The notes beneath the pieces were generated by a model, which worked only from the letters and a program-made list of their open reading frames with translations, searched no databases and was not told where the DNA came from. Made by a program: the position numbers and the translations under genes. Shown in pieces: positions 1 to 8,649 of a stretch of 42,069 nt of DNA. The stretch is from a virus (taxonomy: Duplodnaviria > Heunggongvirae > Uroviricota > Caudoviricetes): IMG/VR virus record IMGVR_UViG_2541047817_000001, positions 1 through 42,069 of that record. The stretch is one strand, 5' to 3'. Positions within the stretch are counted from its first letter, which is position 1. Every line of letters begins with the position of its first letter.

Positions 1-1254
1 ATGCTGGAACAAATGGGCATTGCCGCGAAGCAAGCCTCGTATAAATTAGCGCAACTCTCCAGCCGCGAAAAAAATCGTGTGCTGGAAAAAATCGCCGATG
101 AACTGGAAGCACAAAGCGAAAGTATCCTCAACGCTAACGCGCAGGATGTTGCAGACGCGCGTGCCAATGGCCTTAGCGAAGCGATGCTTGACCGTCTGGC
201 ACTGACGCCCGCACGGCTGAAAGACATTGCCGACGATGTGCGCCAGGTGTGCAATCTCGCCGATCCGGTGGGGCAGGTAATCGATGGCGGCGTACTGGAC
301 AGCGGCCTGCGTCTTGAGCGTCGTCGCGTACCGCTGGGGGTGATTGGCGTGATTTATGAAGCGCGCCCGAACGTGACGGTTGATGTTGCTTCCCTGTGCC
401 TGAAAACCGGTAACGCGGTGATCCTGCGCGGCGGCAAAGAAACCTGTCGCACTAACGCTGCAACGGTAGCGGTGATTCAGGACGCCCTGAAATCCTGCGG
501 CTTACCGGCGGGTGCCGTGCAGGCAATTGATAATCCTGACCGTGCGCTGGTCAGTGAAATGCTGCGTATGGATAAATACATCGACATGCTGATCCCGCGC
601 GGTGGGGCTGGTTTGCATAAACTGTGCCGCGAGCAGTCGACAATCCCGGTGATCACAGGCGGTATAGGCGTATGCCATATTTACGTTGATGAAAGCGCAG
701 AGATCGCTGAAGCATTAAAAGTGATCGTCAACGCGAAAACTCAGCGACCGAGCACATGTAATACGGTAGAAACGTTGCTGGTAAATAAAAACATCGCAGA
801 TAGCTTCCTGCCCGCATTAAGCAAACAAATGGCGGAAAGCGGCGTGACGTTACACGCTGATGTAGCCGCGCTGGCGCAGTTGCAGGCAGGCCCCGCGAAG
901 GTGGTGGCTGTTAAAGCCGAAGAGTATGACGATGAGTTTCTGTCATTAGATTTGAACGTCAAAATCGTTAGCGATCTGGATGACGCCATTGCCCATATTC
1001 GTGAACACGGCACGCAACACTCCGATGCGATCCTGACCCGCGATATGCGCAACGCCCAGCGTTTTGTTAACGAAGTGGATTCCTCCGCTGTTTACGTTAA
1101 CGCCTCTACGCGTTTTACCGACGGCGGCCAGTTTGGTCTGGGGGCGGAAGTTGCGGTAAGCACACAAAAACTCCACGCGCGCGGCCCAATGGGGCTGGAA
1201 GCTCTGACCACTTATAAGTGGATCGGCATTGGTGATTACACCATTCGTGCGTAA
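1..1254 (+). CDS. proA: gamma-glutamyl phosphate reductase (complete, 417 aa)
   Basis: The 417-aa translation matches E. coli ProA along its whole length as I recall it ([20 protein letters not shown]... to ...[11 protein letters not shown]). ATG at position 1, stop at 1252-1254. Confidence 0.95.
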   Translation: MLEQMGIAAKQASYKLAQLSSREKNRVLEKIADELEAQSESILNANAQDVADARANGLSEAMLDRLALTPARLKDIADDVRQVCNLADPVGQVIDGGVLDSGLRLERRRVPLGVIGVIYEARPNVTVDVASLCLKTGNAVILRGGKETCRTNAATVAVIQDALKSCGLPAGAVQAIDNPDRALVSEMLRMDKYIDMLIPRGGAGLHKLCREQSTIPVITGGIGVCHIYVDESAEIAEALKVIVNAKTQRPSTCNTVETLLVNKNIADSFLPALSKQMAESGVTLHADVAALAQLQAGPAKVVAVKAEEYDDEFLSLDLNVKIVSDLDDAIAHIREHGTQHSDAILTRDMRNAQRFVNEVDSSAVYVNASTRFTDGGQFGLGAEVAVSTQKLHARGPMGLEALTTYKWIGIGDYTIRA

Positions 1255-1368
1255 ATAAAACCGGGTGATGCAAAAGTAGCCATTTGATTCACAAGGCCAT
1301 TGACGCATCGCCCGGTTAGTTTTAACCTTGTCCACCGTGATTCACGTTCGTGAACATGTCCTTTCAGG

Positions 1369-1444
1369 GCCGATATAGCTCAGTTGGTAGAGCAGCGCAT
1401 TCGTAATGCGAAGGTCGTAGGTTCGACTCCTATTATCGGCACCA
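1369..1444 (+). tRNA. thrW: tRNA-Thr (anticodon CGU)
   Basis: 76-nt sequence GCCGATATAGCTCAGTTGGTAGAGC...GGTTCGACTCCTATTATCGGCACCA folds as a cloverleaf with anticodon CGT at positions 34-36 and an encoded CCA end. It lies directly downstream of proA, as thrW does in E. coli. Confidence 0.93.
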
Positions 1445-1458
1445 TTTAAATCAATAAA

Positions 1459-2622
1459 TTACACATCATTAGTACCTTCCTTATTTTTTGACTGGGACAA
1501 ATTTGGGACCGATGGGTTCAGGATCGAGTCTATTTGCCGTGCGTGTTCGGTAAGGTGATTAGGTGCGAGGTGAGCATATCGACGAACCATTTCGATAGAC
1601 TCCCAGCCTCCCATTTCCTGTAACACTGACAACGGGACTCCGGCTTGAACCAGCCAACTTGCCCAGGTGTGTCTCAAGTCGTGAAATCTGAAATCATCAA
1701 TACCTGCTCGTCTCAGCGCCGCTTTCCAGGCTGTGTTTGCGTCATACCGCATCTTCCTGACCGTTGGCGCTTTCGTTCCGTCTGGTTTGGTACAGCTTTC
1801 CTTGTAAACAAATACCCAACGGTGATGATTCCCGATTTGTTTTTTCAATACGCGACATGCAGTATCATTCAGCGCAACGCCAATTGCGCGGTTTGATTTA
1901 CTCTCTTCCGGGTTTATCCATGCCACCCGGCGCTGCATGTCTATTTGTTGCCATTCAAGGTTGATGATGTTCGAGCGTCTTAAGCCTGTTGCCAGTGCAA
2001 ATTCAACAACAGACTTTAATGGCTCCGGACATTCATCAATCAGCCTTTGTGCTTCATGAGGCTCCAGCCAGCGGATACGTTTATTCTTCGGTTGAGGCAC
2101 TTTAATAATTGGTGCCTTATCCAGCATTTTCCATTCACGCTCTGCGGCTCTTAGCAGGGCCTTTATAAATGAAAGATGCGTAGCCTTCGTTGCAACGGAC
2201 GCTGGTTTTGGCGTGTATTCTGGAACAGGTTTCCCTTTTTTTCTGCATGCTTCTGCCCTGAGTTTCCAGTTTTCCTCATGACGCCGGTTTGTCATTTTCT
2301 GCATCGCTGAATAAATTTTTGATTCAGTGATGTCTCTTAGTTGCATCCCTGCGAAATGTTGAAGCCAGAATCCGATCCGGCTTTTGTCATCGTCCAGTGA
2401 TTTTTTATGTGCTTTCTCTTCAAGCCACCTGACACACGCTTCCTCGAACGTTATATCAGGTATTTCACCAAGTTTGCTGACCCGCCATGCTTCAGCCTTT
2501 AGCTTGTCATGGAGTTCTGTCGCCTGCCTTTTGTCCTTTGTTCCAAGAGACTGTTTAAATCTTTTACCGTTCGGCAATGTGAAACTGGCGTACCATATTT
2601 CACCTCTGCGGAAGAGTGACAT
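1459..2622 (-). CDS. int: Tyrosine site-specific integrase, P22 Int-like (387 aa)
   Basis: 387-aa ORF starting [47 protein letters not shown], closely resembling P22 integrase as recalled. C-terminal catalytic region carries [10 protein letters not shown] and RRYAHL. Adjacent to thrW, the known P22 attachment site. Confidence 0.93.
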   Translation of the reverse strand: MSLFRRGEIWYASFTLPNGKRFKQSLGTKDKRQATELHDKLKAEAWRVSKLGEIPDITFEEACVRWLEEKAHKKSLDDDKSRIGFWLQHFAGMQLRDITESKIYSAMQKMTNRRHEENWKLRAEACRKKGKPVPEYTPKPASVATKATHLSFIKALLRAAEREWKMLDKAPIIKVPQPKNKRIRWLEPHEAQRLIDECPEPLKSVVEFALATGLRRSNIINLEWQQIDMQRRVAWINPEESKSNRAIGVALNDTACRVLKKQIGNHHRWVFVYKESCTKPDGTKAPTVRKMRYDANTAWKAALRRAGIDDFRFHDLRHTWASWLVQAGVPLSVLQEMGGWESIEMVRRYAHLAPNHLTEHARQIDSILNPSVPNLSQSKNKEGTNDV

Positions 2623-2849
2623 TTTCTTTCCTCTGTTATGCCATCACCCGCGCTCACCTGGACAGTATGCAGCGGAGACTGAAGAGCCGCAATGCAGGCT
2701 TGTCGTGTTGTGAGGTAAGGAGATTTATTCTTAGTGGGATCTTTGCGTGTTGCCTGAAGACGCCCTGTGCGTATCCAGTTAATGGCAGTCGGTCTGGATA
2801 TCTTGAGAAAATGACAGGCCTCATCGAGTGTGAGGCTGTATGGCTCCAT
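2499..2849 (-). CDS. xis: Excisionase (Xis), HTH type (116 aa)
   Basis: Internal ATG at 2847-2849 gives a 116-aa protein [31 protein letters not shown] with an AlpA/Xis-type helix-turn-helix. It sits immediately upstream of int and overlaps its 5' end. Start is inferred from TAATG overlap with the upstream gene. Confidence 0.6.
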   Translation of the reverse strand: MEPYSLTLDEACHFLKISRPTAINWIRTGRLQATRKDPTKNKSPYLTTRQACIAALQSPLHTVQVSAGDGITEERKCHSSAEVKYGTPVSHCRTVKDLNSLLEQRTKGRRQNSMTS

Positions 2850-3154
2850 TATTTCACCTCTTGCTGTGACATTGTTGAAAAATGGATACCAGCTCGTTGC
2901 TGCCAGACGATCCAACCGAGAGTCATATCCCATGCCATGTATTCGTTATCGCCGTTTTTTGCTCTCCGACGATCTACTAAGTCACCGAAACGCTTTTCCA
3001 TGAATAATTCATAAGCTTCGCGTTCATCTGGTTCTACTTCCAGAGATAGGAGTGCGATTTCATAAGCACGGCGCTCAATATCGTCTCGCACGTCAAGGCT
3101 GCTGATACGCTCTTTAATTTCTTTAATCAGTTCTTTGTCGGTAAAAGTGGTCAT
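2849..3154 (-). CDS. Hypothetical acidic phage protein (101 aa), YfdT-like by size and position
   Basis: ORF-track ORF; start overlaps the upstream gene stop (ATGA). Same length and position as yfdT in the K-12 CPS-53 block (assignment from memory). Confidence 0.55.
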   Translation of the reverse strand: MTTFTDKELIKEIKERISSLDVRDDIERRAYEIALLSLEVEPDEREAYELFMEKRFGDLVDRRRAKNGDNEYMAWDMTLGWIVWQQRAGIHFSTMSQQEVK

Positions 3155-3510
3155 TATGCTCCAGCCTCCGGTGCTTTTGGCATTACTGCCCAGTGAGTGA
3201 TATTGACGTTTTCAAGGTCCCCGACCTGAAATGTCCACTGCCATTCTCCGGTTTCTTTTTGTCCCCAGGTGTACCAGAGAGAACGCCAGCCAATTAGCCA
3301 GCCTTCTCCGTTAGCATCGAATAACAAAACACTTTCATTTGCTGGTGGCAGTTCAGTTGACACTGGTATTACTTTGTTTTCCTGTGCTGCACATTTAGCT
3401 TCAAGCGCATCGAATTTACGCACCAGGTATTCAGCATCTGTTTCATTTACTTTCAGATCTCGCGGTACACATCTCCCACGAAGAAACCCTTCCATTTCGA
3501 AAACATTCAT
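3154..3510 (-). CDS. DUF551-like phage protein (YfdS-like)
   Basis: ORF-track ORF 3154..3516; the likely start is the ATG at 3508-3510, which overlaps the upstream stop (ATGA). Trp-rich C-terminus (WLIGWRSLWYTWGQKETGEWQW) is typical of DUF551 prophage proteins. Confidence 0.6.
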   Translation of the reverse strand: MNVFEMEGFLRGRCVPRDLKVNETDAEYLVRKFDALEAKCAAQENKVIPVSTELPPANESVLLFDANGEGWLIGWRSLWYTWGQKETGEWQWTFQVGDLENVNITHWAVMPKAPEAGA

Positions 3511-4043
3511 GCGCATTTGCGTAACTCCGATAACTCGTTAAAGCGTTCCATAAACATCCCGTAGGCATGGCCCGGTGCCAGTGGAATCACGTTGAACATC
3601 TCTGTTGCCGGGATACCTTCCAGTACAGGCCAGAAAGAGCCATCATCAAGCCCGAGATCGCGGCGTTCGGTTGCCAGCATGATGAGATCGGCATATTTCA
3701 CGGGCGTACTCATAACTGGGGGTAACCCGTATTTCTCACGGATTACGGCGTCTATTTTTTCTTCCATTTGTTTATAGTCAGGAAGAAGGCGTTTCAGTGG
3801 TGCGGGAATGTCCTGGCAATACGCTTCTGTTGCATCATGCATTAACGCTTCAAAAGCAAATTCCTGCGGCACCAGCTGGCTGCAAAGAACCGCATGTTGG
3901 GCGACGCTGTAGAAGTGCGAAAGATGACCGGCAAAGCGACAGATATTTGAAAGGGAAACCGCGATATCGTTAATATCGATGTCGTCTTTATTTATCCTGT
4001 CATAATAAAAATGCTTCCCGGAAAAAGTTTTAATAAATGACAT
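3507..4043 (-). CDS. yfdR: HD-domain phosphohydrolase / 5'-deoxynucleotidase-like protein (YfdR-like, 178 aa)
   Basis: Internal start MSFIKTFSGKHFYYD gives 178 aa. Contains an H..HD-type motif (ALMHDATEAY) consistent with an HD hydrolase. Size and context match YfdR of CPS-53 (from memory). Confidence 0.75.
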   Translation of the reverse strand: MSFIKTFSGKHFYYDRINKDDIDINDIAVSLSNICRFAGHLSHFYSVAQHAVLCSQLVPQEFAFEALMHDATEAYCQDIPAPLKRLLPDYKQMEEKIDAVIREKYGLPPVMSTPVKYADLIMLATERRDLGLDDGSFWPVLEGIPATEMFNVIPLAPGHAYGMFMERFNELSELRKCA

Positions 4044-4170
4044 TTTGTTCTCCACGTATATGCGCTGCACCGCGCTGAATTCTGGCAAAAAGAATCCCTC
4101 ACCATCCGGCGATTATTGAGTAAATTACGTTTCCATAAATGCCCCCGCAGGGGCATTTGCAGTAATGAAA

Positions 4171-4995
4171 TCAGGCGGTGAAAGTACCAATAAAGGTTTC
4201 TACTTTGCTGTCCTTGAATTTCTCAACAAGCAGATCACGAAATTCGTTAGCCATTTCTTCCTGCACCGCCTCCAGCTGAATAATGCGCAGAACCAGTACA
4301 GGACGATCGCCAGTGATAATACTGAGGCGTAATTTAAACGGACGTTCTTTCAGACCTTCAAACGGAACGCATTTAAATTCAAATGCCACTGGCATAATGT
4401 CTTTGGTCTTCGCTTCGACAGACTCCATCAGGGAGCGTTTGCCGCTGAAGTCATTATCTTCAAAATCAGCGGTCTGGTTTGCTTCAATCGTGATTTTACG
4501 GACAGCCGCAGCCGCTTTTGTTGCCTGAATAGCGTCACCATTAGCATCAAAGCCCACAAGATAGTCGGCCCAGTCTTCAATCCATTCTGCTAGTGACTTC
4601 TGGGAGTTACGCTCGCCGTTAACAGACAACAGAGCAGAGAACGGTGCTGTCTTTTTCAGTTTGAGTGTGGCGGTGTTATCTGCGTGACCTGGTTCATCAA
4701 TAGTACCCAGGTTAAGCACACTGACGGCACGCATATTATCAGCATCGATAAAGCAGCGGGTGCCTTCATCTGCAAGATCTTTAGAATAACGGGTAAAGTC
4801 ATCGATGCTGGCAGTGGAAAGCGCACCACGGAAACGGAAGCGATTTAAATTAAATTTTTCCAGATCATGAATGCGGAAATTCTCAGGCAATGCCACAGCA
4901 TCGGCACCAATCTTACTGATAATTTCATTAACACCCTGAGCAGAAATAAGGGCATGGATTTGATTAATTGCGGTTGCGTCTAAGTTCTGAGACAT
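4171..4995 (-). CDS. yfdQ: DUF2303-family phage protein (YfdQ-like, 274 aa)
   Basis: 274-aa ORF in the position and of the size of yfdQ in the CPS-53 early block. Family assignment is from memory. Confidence 0.7.
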   Translation of the reverse strand: MSQNLDATAINQIHALISAQGVNEIISKIGADAVALPENFRIHDLEKFNLNRFRFRGALSTASIDDFTRYSKDLADEGTRCFIDADNMRAVSVLNLGTIDEPGHADNTATLKLKKTAPFSALLSVNGERNSQKSLAEWIEDWADYLVGFDANGDAIQATKAAAAVRKITIEANQTADFEDNDFSGKRSLMESVEAKTKDIMPVAFEFKCVPFEGLKERPFKLRLSIITGDRPVLVLRIIQLEAVQEEMANEFRDLLVEKFKDSKVETFIGTFTA

Positions 4996-5060
4996 AATAA
5001 GTCCTCACTATATAAAGATATTCAGTGATGAGATAAATAATCAGTTAATTAAAAACGATA

Positions 5061-5423
5061 TTAACGACCTGCTGCGCGGAGTTTTCCGTCAGGTTCACCG
5101 GCAAGAGTCAGTAACTGTCCCTGGTCTTCCTGCAGAATAGTCAGGCGACCACCGCGATTGACATACATCGGCGTTTCGGTGGTGTCTTCTTCGGAAATTT
5201 TCCCGCGGTTAGTCGGGCGAACATATGAGAGTTTGTGTTTGATTTTCACTCGGTTCTCATCAAACGGTTCGATTTCCAGGTTGAGCGAGACCTTACCTTT
5301 GGTTTTCGTGTTCATCACACCGGAAGCGACTTCACTGAGAACTGCGCCGATTTTGGTTTCAAATACGCCGCCGTCCAGCTCCCCGATAAATGCCTGCACA
5401 TCAGTACTGCGTTCGCTAGCCAT
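5061..5423 (-). CDS. Hypothetical phage protein (YfdP-like, 120 aa)
   Basis: Start chosen at the ATG at 5421-5423 (MASERSTDVQAFIGEL...), preceded by a strong Shine-Dalgarno GAGGAG. The ORF-track ORF runs further upstream to 5741 but that extension lacks a ribosome-binding site. Confidence 0.6.
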   Translation of the reverse strand: MASERSTDVQAFIGELDGGVFETKIGAVLSEVASGVMNTKTKGKVSLNLEIEPFDENRVKIKHKLSYVRPTNRGKISEEDTTETPMYVNRGGRLTILQEDQGQLLTLAGEPDGKLRAAGR

Positions 5424-5891
5424 TTTGCTGCTCCTCATCATATCGACCCTGCAAGGTCGGTTAGTTTCTCCACAAAACAGAGAAGAACACCTGCGGTGAC
5501 TGCCGCCCGGATGGATTGGGTTATGAGCCCGTCGTCCGGTGATGCTCTTCTCTGTTTTGTAAAAAGGACGGTACCAGCCGGAAGCAAGGGTACAAGCTGG
5601 TACCGCCAAGACTACACACAGCATAAAGTTGTGGTGCCGGGTGCCTCCCGGTGCCTGGCGAAGGTTGCACACCAGGCGGGTGGGTATCCACAGAAGGTCG
5701 ACTGTCAGCCTCAACCTTAACCCGCGTGCGCTGAGCCGCATTCACCACAACGCTAAGGATTCTCTCTGGTTGAAAATACTTAGCTGTTATGTGCCTGCTT
5801 TTAGCCACATCAGGCGAGGTGGACCTAGTTATTCCCCAACAACAAGGATTCGGTTAATCTGGTTATCCCCAACAACGTAAAAGGAAAAGAA
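5424..5891. other. GC-rich, highly structured non-coding region (several hairpins plus tandem direct repeats); candidate structured RNA or regulatory region
   Basis: No ORF with a ribosome-binding site. Perfect 14-bp inverted repeat CAAAACAGAGAAGA (5473-5486) / TCTTCTCTGTTTTG (5546-5559); 9-bp hairpin GGTACCAGC...GCTGGTACC (about 5570-5604); CCGGG...CCCGG and GCCTGG...CCAGGC stems (about 5636-5677); tandem direct repeats GTTAT(T)CCCCAACAAC at 5828-5843 and 5862-5876. Confidence 0.4.
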
Positions 5892-6326
5892 ATGTCCGGT
5901 AATATCTATACGCTGTACAAATCCCACTGTGAAAATGTTGGAAAGTATCGGGGCATTGAAATCAGTGGGGTAGTGTCATCAGTCGAAATAAGCAAAGTTG
6001 AATCAAGGGCAACATTACTTACTCTTTTGGACCTTGTCTTACATGAGCACCGGAAGAAATTCGGCACTCCCTATAATCAGTTGAATGGGAAAAAGGCTCT
6101 GGTTCACCTTATTCTGATGAAGCATCACTGGATGCCAAAACAGATTAATGAGATGAAATTTGATGAACTTCTTCTTTCAATTCAGGATGAACTCACACTT
6201 GATAAAATAAGCGTAACCGCCCAGAAATTTTTAGATTATCGAGACTGGAGATCACAAATTCATCACTTTGATGATTTTGACGAAAATGAATGGGATCCTA
6301 ATTTGTCTGCACAATATCTAAAGTAA
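5892..6326 (+). CDS. AT-rich orphan hypothetical protein (144 aa)
   Basis: ATG at 5892 preceded by AGGA. Visibly AT-rich compared with flanking DNA. No recognisable domain. Transcribed convergently with the first gene of the leftward early operon. Confidence 0.55.
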   Translation: MSGNIYTLYKSHCENVGKYRGIEISGVVSSVEISKVESRATLLTLLDLVLHEHRKKFGTPYNQLNGKKALVHLILMKHHWMPKQINEMKFDELLLSIQDELTLDKISVTAQKFLDYRDWRSQIHHFDDFDENEWDPNLSAQYLK

Positions 6327-6504
6327 CATCCTGTGATAAAACCGTGATTTCCTGATCCAGTTTTTTTAAGGAGTCTATTGTTTCCTGTCGATAAGACAGC
6401 ACTTCACGAAGCTGGTTTATAGCTGCCAGCTTCTTTGTCATCCACTCATAAATTTCCTCATCTGTGTAGCCAGGCGCGACGATTTTGGGTTCTGTTTTGT
6501 GCAT
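6298..6504 (-). CDS. Small hypothetical protein (68 aa), first gene downstream of the putative PL
   Basis: ATG at 6502-6504 (MHKTEPKIVAPGYTDEEIYEW...) preceded by GAGGAG at a 7-nt spacing. The ORF-track ORF extends to 6519 using a TTG. Confidence 0.5.
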   Translation of the reverse strand: MHKTEPKIVAPGYTDEEIYEWMTKKLAAINQLREVLSYRQETIDSLKKLDQEITVLSQDVTLDIVQTN

Positions 6505-6562
6505 TTCACATCTCCTCAAGTTATCAGTTACTTGTTGATGGGGACCAGATTGTTAAAGAGCT

Positions 6563-6590
6563 AAGCGTCCTGTAGGGCGCTTTTTTGTTG
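6563..6590 (+). terminator. Rho-independent terminator-like hairpin
   Basis: AAGCGTCC-TGTA-GGGCGCTT stem-loop followed by TTTTTTGTTG. Confidence 0.4.
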
Positions 6591-6639
6591 CTAACGAATC
6601 ATCCTGGACTTCATATGCCCCAGGCGGCTACTTCGTGGG

Positions 6640-6738
6640 CGTCCTGCCTGTTCGTTGTTTCGCTTGGGTACATTATGTATCTCAAGGGTACATTGTCAAG
6701 TATAAAAAAACCTGCCGAAGCAGGTTCATAAACATTGA
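6640..6738 (-). promoter_or_regulatory. Putative OL/PL region with repeated GGTACA-type operator motifs
   Basis: GGGTACATT occurs twice (6666-6674 and 6686-6694) and TACATTATGTA is palindromic. The same half-site recurs in the cI-cro intergenic region. Confidence 0.4.
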
Positions 6739-7413
6739 TTAGGCTTTGATTTTGTATCTTCTTGGTTTTCCTGAGAAAATCACTGTACCAATTATAGAGC
6801 AATTACCGTTGATCTTAATGTAAGGCTCAGGCCAGTTTGGGTTTAACGCTTTGAGATAACGCTGTGTCCCATCTTCTATCAACCTTTTGAAGGTGGTTTC
6901 ACCTGTATCGTGCATCAATGCAATAACGTCGTCACCGTGGCAGGCAGGTACTTCAGGATCGACAAAAATCATGTCTCCCGGGCGGTACTCATCAATCATT
7001 GAATCACCTATCACCCGCAAGATATAAGTCATTTCCCCACAGGGTACAGGGCAGGGATACGTTTCTGCTGTGCTCAAATCAACCTCAGAATATCCAACTT
7101 CTTTCCATGCTCCGGCCTGTACCCATGATATGACAGGGACTAATGTGATTTGTTTATTAGTGATTGAAACATCAGGTTTTTTTGTGATGTTCGTTGTCTG
7201 GTGTTCTTGATCGAGCCATCCGACAGGCAGGTCGAAACATTTTTCGATGTGTCGTGCCATGCTGTCACCGATATTTTTAGTAGCACCATCTCCCATAAAC
7301 CTGCTGGTCTGGGTTGGCTCGCGATCAATCATAGTGGCAAAGGAAGAATTCCCGCCAACACCATCTCTCAGTTTTCTGGCGTTAGACCGCCGGATGTCAT
7401 GGATTGTTTTCAT
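6739..7413 (-). CDS. cI: cI-like prophage repressor (LexA/S24 peptidase family, 224 aa)
   Basis: C-terminal S24 autopeptidase signature with the catalytic Ser in VIGDSM and the Lys in TFKRL. Positively charged N-terminal DNA-binding region. Divergent from a Cro-like gene across an operator-rich intergenic region. Confidence 0.85.
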   Translation of the reverse strand: MKTIHDIRRSNARKLRDGVGGNSSFATMIDREPTQTSRFMGDGATKNIGDSMARHIEKCFDLPVGWLDQEHQTTNITKKPDVSITNKQITLVPVISWVQAGAWKEVGYSEVDLSTAETYPCPVPCGEMTYILRVIGDSMIDEYRPGDMIFVDPEVPACHGDDVIALMHDTGETTFKRLIEDGTQRYLKALNPNWPEPYIKINGNCSIIGTVIFSGKPRRYKIKA

Positions 7414-7503
7414 AACGAAATTAAAACCCTTGTACCGTTAAGGTACAAGTATCTTGAAGGTTCATTTCAATCATGTAATATGTACACCGGAGGTACATAT
7501 TGT
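7414..7503. promoter_or_regulatory. Putative OR / PRM-PR region
   Basis: Two palindromes: CTTGTACC-GTTAA-GGTACAAG (7429-7449) and ATATGTAC-ACCGGAG-GTACATAT (7478-7500), lying between the divergent cI and cro genes. Confidence 0.5.
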
Positions 7504-7704
7504 ATGAAAGCGTATTGGGACTCTTTAACCAAAGAACAGCAGGGCGAGTTGGCCGGAAAAGTTGGCTCAACACCTGGCTACTTACGGCTGGTTTTCAATG
7601 GCTATAAAAAAGCCAGTTTTGTGCTGGCTAAAAAACTTGAGCAATGCACGTCAGGTGCAATTACGAAATCTGACTTAAGACCGGATATCTATCCGAAAGA
7701 TTAG
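7504..7704 (+). CDS. cro: Cro-like repressor (66 aa)
   Basis: Internal ATG at 7504 gives MKAYWDSLTKEQQGELAGKVGSTPGYLRLVFNGYKKAS..., a small HTH protein divergent from cI. Resembles YdaS/Cro-type regulators. Confidence 0.75.
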   Translation: MKAYWDSLTKEQQGELAGKVGSTPGYLRLVFNGYKKASFVLAKKLEQCTSGAITKSDLRPDIYPKD

Positions 7705-7735
7705 CAGAACACTTTCAATTTTTAACCACAGAACG

Positions 7736-8305
7736 ATGAGGCTAATCGTGGGTAAGCATCACTGGAAAATAGAAAAACAGCCTGAGTGGTACGTGAAAGC
7801 TGTCAGAAAAACTATCGCGGCGTTGCCGGGTGGTTACGCTGAAGCGGCTGACTGGCTCGATGTAACAGAAAACGCTTTATTCAACCGCCTTCGTGCAGAT
7901 GGCGATCAGATTTTCCCGCTGGGATGGGCAATGGTTTTACAGCGTGCTGGTGGCACTCACTTCATTGCTGATGCTGTGGCGCAGTCTGCAAATGGCGTCT
8001 TTGTGTCTCTTCCTGACGTCGAGGATGTGGACAACGCCGATATTAACCAGCGTCTGCTGGAAGTCATTGAACAGATCGGCAGTTATTCAAAACAGATTCG
8101 TTCAGCAATCGAAGACGGTGTAGTGGAACCGCATGAGAAGACAGCAATTAACGACGAGCTGTATCTCTCAATTTCGAAGCTGCAGGAGCATGCAGCACTT
8201 GTCTACAAAATTTTTTGCATTTCAGAAAGTAATGACGCCCGCGAGTGTGCAGCTCCGGGCGTCGTGGCGTCGATTGCTTCTGGTTGTGGAGAAACTAACG
8301 CATGA
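7736..8305 (+). CDS. Putative CII/YdaT-like early regulatory protein (189 aa)
   Basis: Sits where cII sits in lambdoid phages, immediately after cro. Family assignment is tentative and the start codon is uncertain (a GTG at 7748 has a better ribosome-binding site). Confidence 0.4.
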   Translation: MRLIVGKHHWKIEKQPEWYVKAVRKTIAALPGGYAEAADWLDVTENALFNRLRADGDQIFPLGWAMVLQRAGGTHFIADAVAQSANGVFVSLPDVEDVDNADINQRLLEVIEQIGSYSKQIRSAIEDGVVEPHEKTAINDELYLSISKLQEHAALVYKIFCISESNDARECAAPGVVASIASGCGETNA

Positions 8306-8640
8306 ACAGTTTAACAACACACTACCGTCGCTCGCAACTGATTGCGCTTCCTGTACCGGGTGGAAAAGCGAAGGTGGAATATTGCTATGCAGTGAATGTA
8401 CCAGGTGACAGGGAAATTGTAACCCACAGCTTTGCAGAGTGGGCTGTGGGTGATTTCAACCGGCAGAAGGAGACAGTCCTTTGCGACAAGTTAACCGCTG
8501 GTTCAAAGATCACTACGGAGTGCCCGTCAGAGTCATTCGTTGGGAGCCGGAAACACAACGTGTTATCTACCTCCGCGAAGGCTATGAGCATGAGTGCTTC
8601 AGCCCGCTCGAACAGTTTCGTCGTAAATTCAGGGAAATAG
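8302..8640 (+). CDS. Hypothetical protein; coding frame ambiguous (possible frameshift or two overlapping small genes)
   Basis: The C-terminal part of the ORF-track ORF is low-complexity. A second frame from about 8481 (TTG, preceded by AAGGAG) to 8657 encodes a more protein-like sequence ([45 protein letters not shown]). Confidence 0.3.
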   Translation: MNSLTTHYRRSQLIALPVPGGKAKVEYCYAVNVPGDREIVTHSFAEWAVGDFNRQKETVLCDKLTAGSKITTECPSESFVGSRKHNVLSTSAKAMSMSASARSNSFVVNSGK

Positions 8641-8649
8641 AGGTCGGTC

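Noticed and set aside
741-1335. Minus-strand ORFs (741..1052 and 946..1335) overlapping proA
   Set aside because: They lie antisense within a well-supported conserved gene and have no ribosome-binding site, so they are shadow ORFs.
1645-1964. Plus-strand ORFs inside the integrase gene
   Set aside because: Antisense to a clearly recognisable integrase, with no independent support.
5424-5891. Retron (msr/msd non-coding RNA) hypothesis for the structured region
   Set aside because: No reverse transcriptase ORF is nearby, and the inverted repeats are spaced about 60 nt apart rather than flanking a 150-200 nt msr-msd unit.
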